Part shown: positions 52,351-64,000 of the stretch, piece after piece | Layout of the letters: every line of letters starts with the position of its first letter | Numbering within the stretch: position 1 is the first letter of the stretch | Assembly (NCBI GenBank): GCA_951406725.2 | Contig: OX597827.1 | Location: 44,702,001 to 44,766,000, forward strand | Reading direction: 5' to 3' | Length of the DNA stretch: 64,000 nucleotides | DNA from: Octopus vulgaris | Taxonomy: Eukaryota | Notes under the pieces: generated by a model | The model's input: the letters and a program-made list of their open reading frames with translations, nothing else | What the model was told of the DNA's origin: nothing | Database searches by the model: none | Program-made: the position numbers and the translations under genes

Positions 52351-53045
52351 TATATATATATATATTGAGAGAGAGAGAGAGCGATTTGTATGGAGGGGCG
52401 TTTGTGTTTTATATAAAATAATACATAAAAATGATCACGTGTTAACTGAAAGAGCACTTAAGACATTTAAATAGAATATCAAGTTTAATTTTACAAGAAA
52501 AAATAACTTTAGTACCGAGCTTGGATTATATTATTTTCGTGGTGTTGTCCATGCATTACTATTACCAAATGAAGCAGAAACTAGTGATATGTTCTCCAAT
52601 AGGTGAGATTTGAACACAGTATGGGCTATCAATGAAGACTGGACTAGACTCTATATATCTTCTTCCTTTTTTCTTTTGCATTACTCCCTTTCAAAGGGTG
52701 CTGCTTTTAAAGTGAAATTGTGTATGTGAGTGACTGATAGTGCGTGCGTGCGTGCATACTGGAAGTGCTATAGTCTGTTATGGACAGAAGATATTGATGT
52801 GGCAGTATTGTACTCAAACCAATATGTTACTTCACCTGTCATGTGAGCTTCAGTGCCAAGATGGGATTTTGGCTCTACTGTACTATGCTAGCCAATTAGC
52901 ATGTTACCCATGTTACTGCAGACTGACATTCAATTCAGTTGGCCCCAGTATCTCACAGGTACTTTTTGTAACAACCCTGGATGGATAAAAGTCATTATTT
53001 TGTCTGAAGTTCGTCCGTTTCTGCCAATCCCTCATTCTACTTGAC

Positions 53046-53641
53046 CAGTAGTTCTCAACAGAGGTCCACATGACCCTTGGCAAGGTCCATATGGGATTTT
53101 GCTATTAAAATTTATGTATTTGAGATGACCTGGCAAGCTAAGTGAGGTCGTAGCTATGGCCTATGCCAGTGTCACATAACCAGCCCATTTAAGAGTTCCC
53201 TTTAATCATTGGGCAATGTGCTGTGCTTGAGAAGAACTATTGTGGCATGTAAAAAGCACCCACTACACTCTTGGAGTAGTTGACGTTAAGAAGGGCATCC
53301 AGCTGTAGAAACATTGCCAGATCAGATTGGAGCCTGGTGCAGCCTTCTGGCTTACCAGTCCTCAGTTAAACCGTCCAACCCATGCCAACGTGGAAAATGG
53401 ATGTTAAACAATGATGATAATGTGCAGTAAGTTGGTTATACTTTTACATTACACAAAATATTTTAACAATTTTTTATACAATTCCAGTGTGTGTGTAAAA
53501 TAATAAGGCACTAAAAGAGAATGACTCTCCCCAGACACAATAATAACATTTAATTATATGAATATGATAGGATTTTTTTAAACATCAATAAAATAAGAAT
53601 AAAGGGGTCTATAGGTAAAAAAAAATTATTAACAATCACTG
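53046..53641. mobile_element. Degenerate hAT-like MITE containing a family D insertion (about 53125-53420)
   Basis: CAGTAGTTCTCAAC ... AACAATCACTG ends and GGTCCA subterminal motifs. Confidence 0.5.
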
Positions 53642-54724
53642 TACTAAGACAGACTAAATACTAGAAGGTACTTCCGGACTACCCGTTAGTTTCTACCAAC
53701 TCATTTCCTTTCTGAAAGAACTATGAGAGATTAAGGAACACAGCACAAAAGGATTTTCATAATATGAACTGAAGAAAAAAAAAGATCTTTAGCTTTGTTG
53801 TTATTGCTTTTTTTGTTTTACTTTCATTTTATTTTATATTTGTTATATTTCATTGATATTTATTGACTGTGATGGTGATGTAAACATCATCTCTTAGAGG
53901 GCTTCAGACAAATTGATAGGTGGTGGTGGTGCTGCAGATGGTCAGGGTGGTTGCAGTGGTAGTGGTGGTGGTGGTGGTGGTGGTGGTGGTTTTGCTGCTG
54001 CTGCTGCTGCTGCAGAGGAAATGAAGAGTGAGGATTAGGCCTAAGTCCCTGGCGTAGTGGGCAGAGGAGAATGTCTAAGGAAGGTGTTGCCTCCTGAGAT
54101 ATTTTATTAATTTGTTTATCTGTTACTTCTTTCTTGTCTTTCTTTTTGAAGTATGTAATCTAATTGCAGTGGAAGAACAAGAAGTGTCATCAAACGGCTC
54201 CTTACTTGCAAGGGGATGGGGCGAGAGAGAGAACGAGAGAGGGAGGAGGAGGGGGGGAGCGGGAGATCAATAGGCTTTCTCTAAATGACTAAACATTACA
54301 GACATGACACAGACCGACAGACAGGCCAGCAGACAAGCAATGTGTGATGAGTGGAAAAAGTGTGTTGTGTTGGAGCAGAATGGCTAGGCTGGAGGTGGTG
54401 GTGGGGATGTTGGTGATTGTGGTACAACACTAGATTTATACTAGAGTAGAACCAGGCAGAAGTGAGTGAACTGAGGTGGAGGGCACGGGGGGGGGGGCAA
54501 AGGTATGGGGCAGGATGTTAAATGGTATGCTGCTATAAAGAACAATGAACCAAACAAAAAGGGCTTAGAACTTTTCTCACCTTTGCCACCCTACCTTCCC
54601 TCACACTTTTACACATACTTTTGTTTTGATTTTAGCCTCTTTAGTTTTCATGGTTATTGATATTATTATTATCCTCATCATCATCATCACCATCATCATC
54701 ATCATTATTATTATCATTATTATT

Positions 54725-55115
54725 GTAAGGCGGTGAGCTGGCATGGTCATTGGTGTGCTGGATGAGATGCTTGGCAGTATCATGCCCATCGCTACGTTCT
54801 GAGTTCAAATTCCGCCGAGGTCGACTTTACCTTTCATCCTCTCGGAGTCGATGAAATAAGTACCAGTTGAACACTGGGGTGAATGTAATTGGCTCGTCCC
54901 ATCCCCCAAAATTTGTTGCCCTTGTGATAAAAATTTGAAATTATCATTATCATTATATTTCAGCTGTCACTACATTCTGAGTTCAAATTCCACTGAGATC
55001 GACTTTACCTTTCAGCCTCTCGGGGTCAATAAATTAACCAGTGAAACTCTGGGGTCAATGTAATCAACTAGTCCCTTCCCCACAAAATTCAGGCCTTGTG
55101 CCTTTAGTAGAAAGG

Positions 55116-55154
<39 letters not shown>

Positions 55155-56490
55155 GCTACTGTTGGTTATGGTGAGTAGGGTTCTAGTTGATCCAATAAAC
55201 AGAACAGCCTCCTTGTGAAATTAACATGCAAGTGGCTGAGTACTCCACAGACATGTACCCTTAACATAGTTCCCAAGGAGATTCAGTGTGAGACAGACTG
55301 TGACAAGGCTGGCCCTTTGGAATAAGATACTTCTCACCTTTGCCAGCTGAATGGACTGCTGCAATGTGAAATAAAGCGTCTTGCCCAAGGACACAATGTG
55401 TCACTGGGAATCAAACTCACAACCTTACAATTTTGAGCCAAACGCCCCTAACTGCTAAGCCAAGCAAGCAGAATCACTACAGTGTGTGAGAAAAGGCTTG
55501 CTGCATTTTTTCCAGACCTTTTTTCTCCCGAGTTCAATTCTTCCCCAGATCAACTGTTACCTTTCGTCATTTCCAAATCAATAAAATAAAATACCAAACA
55601 ATTACTGGCTTGATATTATTACCTTAATCCCCTCCCCTCAAAATTGTTGGCCATGTTCCTAAATTAGAAACAATTGTTATAATTATTTTTGTAATTAGAA
55701 GGGCCGATATATTGGCAGAATCATTAGATTATAGAAAAAAAGAAATGTCTTTCTGCATTTGATCCAGCTCTTCGTGTTCTCATCTTTATTCCTGCCAAGA
55801 TCAACTTTGCCTCTAATCCTTCTCAGGTTCATAAAGTACCAGTCAACTTTTGACTAATTGACCAACCCGCTTCCTCTCAAAATTGTTGACTATGTGCCTA
55901 AGTCAGAAAAAAAGATCATCATCATCGTTGTTTTTATTATTAAAGGTGGCAAGCTCACAGAATCTCTAGTTTGCTGAACAAAATGTGCATAGCAGCACTT
56001 TGTCCATCTTCACATTCTGAGTTCATCGACTGAGGTAGACTTAGCCTTTCATCCTTTCAGGTTTGATAAAAATAAGCACCTGCTAAGCACTGGAGACTAG
56101 TCCTCTACTCCAAAATTTCATGCCTTGTGCTTATAGTTGAAAGGATTGAGTGACCCCCTTCGGTCACAAATCACCATGGGATTGCACCTAGAAAGTTACC
56201 CTCTGAGGCACAAGTCCAGGCAAGGTTGTTTATGGAAGACCAGCAGTCACCCATGCATACCAACCTCCCCTCTTCACACCACCAACATTAACCAAGGGAA
56301 AAAGGCAAAGGCCTATACAGCTTGGCACCAATGACATTGCAACTCATTTCTACAGCTGAGTGAGCTGGAGCAATGTGAAATAAAGTGTCTTGCTCAAGAG
56401 CACAACACACAGCCTGGTCCAGGAATCAAACTCACAACCTCATGATCATAAGCTCGATACTTTAACCACTGAGCCATGCACCTTCACCTT
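54725..56490. mobile_element. Dense cluster of family B (plus strand) and family C (minus strand) SINEs
   Basis: Family B units at about 54725-54945, 54960-55120 and 55465-56140. Family C at about 55165-55465 and 56150-56490. Confidence 0.75.
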
Positions 56491-57052
56491 TATTATCATT
56501 ATTATAAAGGGCCTGGTAGCCTCATTTGAACATTCCACAAGATATCCTGTATTTATTTCAACTCTGTACGTTGTGTTCAAATGCTACCAAAGCAAACTTT
56601 GTCTTTTATCCTTCCAGGTTCAGTAAAATAAAATAGCTTGTCAAGTTCACATATTGAATAAAAAATGTCTTGGGATATTTCCTTCTGCTTCTTTGCATTC
56701 TTATTTTGAATTTGTATCTTGCCATTCATCCTTTGGTTAAAATAAAGTACCAGTGAAGTACTGGGTTGGTTGTTATTGACTGTCCTCACCTTCCAAAACA
56801 CCAGGCCTTCTGACTATATTGGAAACAGTTGTTGTTGTTGTTCTTCTTCTTCTTCTTATTATTATTATTATTATTGATTCTTGTGCTGGCAAGACATGTT
56901 TACTTGTGCTCCTATTTTTGCACAAGTTAAACAAATACACAACCTTCCCCAGCCAAACATTTGTGGAAGAAAAACAACAAAATATTAACATAGATTTTAA
57001 AGAAGGGGGAAAATAAAAATAGACAAAATGCTAACACCATCAAACAAACAAA

Positions 57053-57088
<36 letters not shown>

Positions 57089-57804
57089 AAGAGTAAAACC
57101 AAAAAAGATTGACAGATATTGATGAAAATATTGACTTAGATATTTGCAGCAGAAAGCAAACAACATCATCACTCTCTTTTATACACATATGTGCACACAC
57201 ATTGTGTGCACACATGCACAAATTTCGCCTAGCATAAAGGTTATTGGCTTCAGAAGCAGTTTTGTTAACGTTTTTTTCCCCCTAAATATTTCTAGACTTA
57301 TACAAGAAACATAGCCAGTGATATTTCATAAAAGAGCAAGCACATCAGCATATTTTCCTTGCCTGGGGAATATGACCAAGAAGAGTAGGCAAGCAGAAAA
57401 TCGACATACCTTTGTCTTGTAAAAATCAGGTCAGCTTTCAGTGTGCCTTTGAAAGAGCAACTGAAGGAGGTCCTGGTTGATGAGTGTGCTAGCCTTTGGT
57501 GAAGACAACAACAATTAATTATGATAACCTAAAACTAACCCTACCCAGAGAATGTGAGGTGCTTAAAGCCATATGCAAGTCCACAGCTTGTACAACCCAG
57601 TATCCCAATCTTGCTCATACATTTAATTTTGGTATGTTTTTCAATGACTATGTACCCTTCCTATCACCAGCCACTTTTCAGAGTGCACTGGGTACATTTT
57701 ATTGAGCCACTTGCGCCAGAGAGGGACGGAGACAGAATCTCATGCAAAGAGATTTTTAAGAGTTCTCTTTATCCTATATCAGTTATTATTCAGGCTTTGT
57801 AAGG

Positions 57805-58330
57805 AAGTAAGCTGGCAGAACCATTAGCATGCCAGACAAAATGCTTAGCAAAATTTCATCTGTCGTTATTTTCTGAGCTCAGATTCCGCTGATGTTGACT
57901 TTGCCTTTCAACCTTTCCTGATTGAAAATAAGTACCAGTCAAATATTGGGGGGTTGATGTAATTGACTTACCCCCACCCTCAAAACTACTGCTCTGTGCC
58001 AAAATTTGAAACCATTATCAAGGTTAGTACCCTTCTAGATAAAGAGCTTGTAGAGCATCATGTAAAGTCTATCTGAATACCTGGTGGCATGTTGTGTTCT
58101 TGAGCAAGACACTTTATTTCACATAGCTCCAGCCTGCTCAGCTGGCAAAAACGAATAGTACTTGTATTTCAAAGGGCCAGCCTTGTCACATTCTGTGTCA
58201 TGCTGAATCTCCCTGAGAGCTACATTAAGGATGCATGTGTCTGTGGAGTGCTCTGCTACACTTGCATGTTAATTTCTCAAGCAGGTGGATCGGTTCAACT
58301 GGGACCCTCATCATCGTAACTGACAAAATG
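57805..58330 (+). mobile_element. Family B SINE (about 57805-58020) followed by family C SINE (about 58085-58330)
   Basis: Diagnostic blocks of each family are present. Confidence 0.75.
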
Positions 58331-59334
58331 CCAAAATAAGAAAAAAAAAGTTAGTTATACCAACTGCCAAGTTCTGTGTGATAGAATGGTGTTTTGTTAT
58401 TACTGAGAAAAATGGTTATGTAGACCATGGAAAGTTGCCAGATATGGGGAAGGTGCTAATAACAGTAATCTGAGGCTAATTTCATGATGTGGTAAACTTG
58501 CTTAGACTCAATGCCCAACTTCATAGAAGCATTTTCACTATGGCTTGGAGGCCATGTATTTATGATGCAGGAAGGGGTTTAGTAATTTTGCTATATTGAG
58601 CCTTTAATTCTCTTTGCTTGTTCAGACCTGATGAAATCACTAAACAAAGTTTTCACTAAATTCAAACACAAATTTTTATATACAAGTGTATATGTGTGTG
58701 CGTATCATCATCATTGTCTTTCTAACATCTACTTTTCACACTTGTATAGGTTAGATGGAATTCATTGAGGCAGCTTTCTTTCAGCTGGATACCCTTCCTG
58801 TTGCCAATCCTCACTTGTTTCCAAGCAAGGTAATACTTCTCCATGGCCAGACATCTTTTCATGAAAGATTAGAAATGAGCAGCATGACTTGTACAGTAAT
58901 GATGCTCGCTTCTGACCATCATATTATATGGAAACCAGGGGACACAAATACACACATGTACAATGGGCTTCTTTCCAGTTTCCATCTGGTAAATGAACTT
59001 ACAAGGTTTTGGTCAGTCAGTGGCTGTAGTAAAAGACACTTACTGAAGGAGCCATGCAGTGGAACCAAACCTAAACCATCTGTTTGGGAAGCCAACTTCT
59101 TAACCACACAACCATGCCTGTGAATAATGATTTTCTTATCACTCTTTATCACTTTATTTATCATCTACATCACCAATTTAGCAGCACCAGTTTTGTTTAA
59201 TTTCGAGCTAGCAAGTATTTTCATTTTAAATGCCTGTTTGCAATTTCATTTACCCAATTAGGAATATTGTTACTGACGTCCATACATATCGAATTTTAAA
59301 TACAAAGCACTTTTAAAAATGATTCATACTTATT

Positions 59335-59785
59335 AAATCTTCTCTGTCACTGATTGATCAGGAATGTTTATTGTCTGTTTTACATGATTATCTGCTATGA
59401 TTACTTGCTATTTTCCATCATTATTATCCCAAGTTAATCTCTCTGTCATCTGTTTCTCCTGTATTGATCAGTTTTAGAATGTTTATTGTCTGTACACAAA
59501 CACTTTACATGATGTGTGTGGATTAATGTGTCTGTATGTAAAAATGAAAATTCTGTTATGATTACTTGCTATTTTCTGAGATTTTAAGACCAAAATTTAG
59601 TGTGCATCTAACCAAATTATTATCCCAAGTTAATCTTTCAACTTAGAAAACTGGTTCATCACTCATACACATAAGTTTCTCCTGTATATTAGCTATACAG
59701 TTTTAGAAAATCTATTATTGCTTTGTACACAAACACTCAAATAGATATCCATAAATGTATGTGTGTGGATATATATGTCTGTTTG
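59335..59785 (+). repeat. Telescoping local duplications
   Basis: ATGATTACTTGCTATTTTC, ATTATTATCCCAAGTTAATCT, GAATGTTTATTGTCTGT, GTTTCTCCTGTA and TGTACACAAACAC each occur twice in collinear order with different spacing. Confidence 0.8.
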
Positions 59786-59872
59786 TTTTTTTTTTTATAT
59801 ATATGTGTGTTATTATGTATATGTATGTGTTGTTGTTATATGTTGTGTATGATGTATATTGTTGTGTGTCTG

Positions 59873-59914
<42 letters not shown>

Positions 59915-60577
59915 GTGTACGTATTCATATGTATGTATATATGTATGTGTGTGTACGTATTCATATATATATATGTATGTATATATGTATGTGTGTGTAC
60001 GTATTCATGTATATAATGTGTGTGATATCATGTATAAGTATGTATGTGTGCATGTATATACATATGTGAATGCATGTACATATGTATGTGTGTGCATGTA
60101 TATACGGGGTTGGCCAAAAGTCACCCGACAGTAAATCAAAATTCCAAAAATACTTAATATTCAATATCAATTATTCATTTGGGAAAATGGTGTCGCTCAA
60201 GAAGGACTTCAGTTTGAACAATTTCCATGATGCTTCATTTTTAGATGCTTTTTTTATTTAAGTTTGTTCAATTGTTAAACATAAATAAATCTTGAGTATT
60301 AAATGGTTTTGGTTTATGTGTATGCGTGTGTATATGTCTGTGTTTGTACATAAGTTAGTATATGTGTGTGTATATAAGTATGTATGTGTGGATGCATGTG
60401 TATGTGTGTCTGTAAATACTTATGTGTGCATATATAGATACTTATGTCTGTATATGTGTGTATACATGTGTGTGTGTGTACATACACATATGTATGCGTG
60501 TATGTATGGGTATATGTGTGCAATGTGTATATGTATGTGTGCATGTATGGATAGGTGTGTGTATATATGTATATATA

Positions 60578-60910
60578 AGTGCAGGCGTGGCTGTGTGATA
60601 AATAGCTTGCTTACCAAGCACATGGTTCTGGGTTCAGTTCCATTGTGAGTGGAATTGTTAGACGGAAACTGAAAGAAGCCTGTTGTATATATATGTGTGT
60701 GTGCATATGTTTGTGTGTCTGTGTTTATTCCCCACCATCGCTTGACAGCCGATGTTGGTGTGTTTACATCCCTGTAACTTAGTTCGGCAAAAATGACAGA
60801 GTAAGTACTAGGCTTACAAAGAATAAGTCCTGGAATCGATTTTTTTCAACTAAAGGTGGTGCTCCAGCATGGCCGCAGTCAAATGACTAAAACAAATAAA
60901 AGAATAAAAA
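60578..60910 (+). mobile_element. SINE family A with internal deletion
   Basis: The head jumps from GTTCCA to TTGTGAGTGG, and the remainder is canonical. Confidence 0.82.
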
Positions 60911-61754
60911 ATATAATCAAATAAAAGAATGTACGTGAATGCGTGGATGTATACATATATATCTTCCTTGTCATCATCATCCTCACTATTTTAACATCCC
61001 CTTCTCCATGCTCCCACGAATCAGGTGAAATTCCTCAAGGCCGATTTTCTATAGCGTGATGTCCTTCCTATGGCCAACCCTTACCTGTTTCCAAATAACA
61101 TTATATAATTCCCTTACTCTCCTTTAAACATGAATAACACCATGGCTGACATGGTTTCACGTCAGATTGCAAATGACCAGCAACTAACTCTACTATACCA
61201 ATAATTTATCAGAATGTTTTCCCACCATGGCCATCTCAGCTTTTCAATGAAATCAGAAAGGTTGGGGGTTTTTCTTTTTTTTTTTTTTTCACATAACAAA
61301 AAGCGTTTCATTTTTAACTTTCCCATATTTTCTATGAAGTCAGTTTCATCTCCAAATTCTCCAATTATGACCATCCTGTCTTTTGTTTATGGTTTCAGAG
61401 GTTTTCTTTTTCATTTTTTCTTTCACATTAGTAACAATGAAAATATTCCAATCATGACCAACATTTCAAATTTAAAACTTCAACTCAAATAGAGACAGTA
61501 TAGTTTAAAATTAATAAACGAAAAATATGAATATGAAAATTTATGAAAATACTTTTATTGCAGTGCAAATTTATTTTTAGACTGTTAGTTTCATTATAAC
61601 AAAATTTCACCTGCATATGTACTTTATATATATATATGTGTATGTGTGTGTGTGTGCATGTGTGCCTGTGTACTTTTCCATTCTTCCCAAATGTCAAATT
61701 AATACAACTGCTTGTTCCCTCACCTGTTTTGGTCTTTTGTTTTCTATACATTTG

Positions 61755-61927
61755 TGTGGATGTGTGGTAAGTAGCTTGCTTACCAACCACATAGTTCCAG
61801 GTTCATTCCCACTGCGTGGCACCTTGGGCAAGTGTCTTCTACTATAGCCTCGGGCCGACCAAAGCCTTATGAGTGGATTTGGTAGACGGAAACTGAAAGA
61901 AGCCCGTTGTATGTATATATATGTATG

Positions 61928-61966
<39 letters not shown>

Positions 61967-62167
61967 ATGTGTTTGTCCCCCCCAACATCACTTAACAACC
62001 GATACTGGTATGTTTACACCCCATAACTTAGCGGTTCAGCAAAAGAGGCCGATAGAATAAATACTAGGCTTCCAAAGAATAAGTCTTGAGGTCGATTTGC
62101 TCAACTAAAAGGCTGTGCTTCAGCATGGCTGCAGTCAAATGACTGAAACGAGTAAAAGAGTAAAGAG

Positions 62168-62168
<1 letters not shown>
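61755..62168 (+). mobile_element. SINE family A, near full length
   Basis: All family A blocks are present. Confidence 0.87.
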
Positions 62169-62200
<32 letters not shown>

Positions 62201-62605
62201 GACACTGAACTAGGAACCAATCCTGAGTTGGATCTACCGTTTGTATGGATTCGGTACCTGTGTGTATATATGCATTTGTCTATATGTAGATGTATATGTG
62301 CACACTTTCAACATACAACCAGCTAATAGTAACTTCAGTCATTCCTGAGTATTGCACATCCAGTGTCCAACATTACCTAGCACCATACATGTTGAAATAC
62401 CTAGATTCTAATGAATCCTGCTACTGAGGATATATATGTACGTATATGTGTGTGTGTATATTTATACATATGTGTGTGTTTGTGTATGTACTTAAATGTG
62501 TGTACATACATGTATGTGTATGTGTGTATATGTGTACATATATGTATGTACATATATATGTCTGTATGTATGTGTGTACAAATATATGTATAAATACACA
62601 CACAA

Positions 62606-62643
<38 letters not shown>

Positions 62644-63364
62644 TCACAGTCACATAGAACTTATTAGTGAGCTAGAATAATTCCCTGGGGTAGTTTAGCT
62701 AAAATTGAAAAAAATATAACAAAAGGAAGATAACAATAGAAGGTTCATGAAGTTCAGAAAACCAATGGTTTTTGGCCATAATTAGTTGTTTATTGTTTGT
62801 TGATTTCTCTACAAATCACATGATTTTTCAGCCACAATCTAATTGGTTCATATCTTTAAAAATCTTCAGATTTTCTTTCTTTCAAATTTGCATGTTTGTA
62901 TATTTGTATTGAAATTATTAGCCGATAAAAACTGCCTTATATTTTAATGTGTGGGGCTTGTGTTTGCATGTGTATGCATGCATGTCCATTGGGGCATGTG
63001 TATGCATGCATGTCCATTGGAACAGTGAGGTCCATCTAGTCATCCTGGGCTTGGGTTTGGGGTTAGGGTTGGGCTTTGTAGGTACCTTGTTAACTGATCA
63101 GGCCAAGTCATAACTGGTAGGTTCTCTAGCAGTGTGGACAGAAAATGGTTGTGGAGATTTCTTGGTACTGGTTTTCATGGCCTGCTTGCATTGTTCAGCT
63201 GCATCAATCCCGTTGGTTTCACATGTTTGCATGTCCTTGCAGACTGCTGATCACTACTTGCTTCAGTCCTGAGCTATTAGCTCCCATGTGATATGGCTGA
63301 TGTACATACACACACGGTACACGCACACGCATAGTATGTATGTATCTACATATATAGATGGTGA

Positions 63365-64000
63365 TGAGCATGCCAGGTGAAATGTTTAGTGGTACTTTTA
63401 GTCATCCTAATGTTTTGAGTTCAAATTCCATCAAGATTGACTTTGTCTTTCATCATTTTGGGGTCAATAAAATAAGTACCATTTGAGCACTGGGGTCAGT
63501 GTAATTGACTTTTAACTGCTCTTGGGTAAGCATGTAAAAGCTGTACCCCTTTGTCAAGCCAGGGTGGCCCTCGTGTCGGTGGCACATAAAAGCACCCACT
63601 ATACTCTTGGAGTGGTTAGCATTAGGAAGGGCATCCAGCTGTAGAAACTCTGCCAGATCAAGATTGGAGCCTGGTGCAGCCATCTGGTTCGCCAGTCCTC
63701 AGTCAAATTGTCCAACCCATGCTAACATGGAATATGGATGTTAAACGATGTTGATGATGATGATGACCGTTTGGTTAAAAAGTTCATCTCCCAATCCCAC
63801 AGTTTTAGGCTCGGTTCCACTGCATGGCACATTGGCCAAGTGTCTTCTACTATAGCCCTGGACTGACCAAAGCTTTGTGAGTAGGTTTGGCACATGGAAA
63901 CTGAAAGAATCCTATTGTGTGTGTGCGTGTGTGTCCCCTTGTCTTGACATTGTGCAATAATCGTAAGCAAGTGTCACTGTCATACAAGCAGTGTTGCTCA
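63365..64000 (+). mobile_element. Consecutive family B fragment, family D element and family A-like head
   Basis: Family B at about 63365-63515, family D at about 63550-63765, and an A-like head from about 63770. Confidence 0.7.

Noticed and set aside
60103-60290. TA|CGGGGTTGGCCAAAAGT Tc1-like end
   Set aside because: No partner TIR or transposase remnant was found, so it is too weak to call.
59750-60580. Frequent TGCATG (Rbfox) motifs
   Set aside because: They are explained by decay of TG/TA/CA microsatellites, and there is no nearby exon.

Overview
This is AT-rich, repeat-dense eukaryotic DNA. Its SINE families resemble those I recall from Octopus genomes; that assignment is from memory and was not searched. 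I find no credible protein-coding exon, and almost all listed ORFs are translations of microsatellites or SINEs. The window reads as part of a very large intron or an intergenic desert. It contains four dispersed retroelement families (three tRNA-headed SINE families and one with an RTE-like (GAT)n tail), TTAA/piggyBac-type, hAT-type and pogo/Tc1-type MITEs, two non-autonomous Helitrons, a Helentron-type HINE, a decayed Helitron Rep/helicase fragment, a mariner transposase pseudogene and a decayed tRNA-Asp. The most notable signals are four. First, a near-perfect zero-length exon (polypyrimidine tract-TTGCAG|GTAAGT) at 29671/29672, a candidate recursive splice site. Second, a tRNA-promoter-headed element carrying a minimal Penelope-type hammerhead ribozyme fold (32876-33140). 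Third, two copies of a second hammerhead-like repeat that share a non-canonical CUGUNGA core. Fourth, a telescoping set of progressively condensed local copies at 59335-59785. Ends of degenerate repeats are approximate, read by eye.
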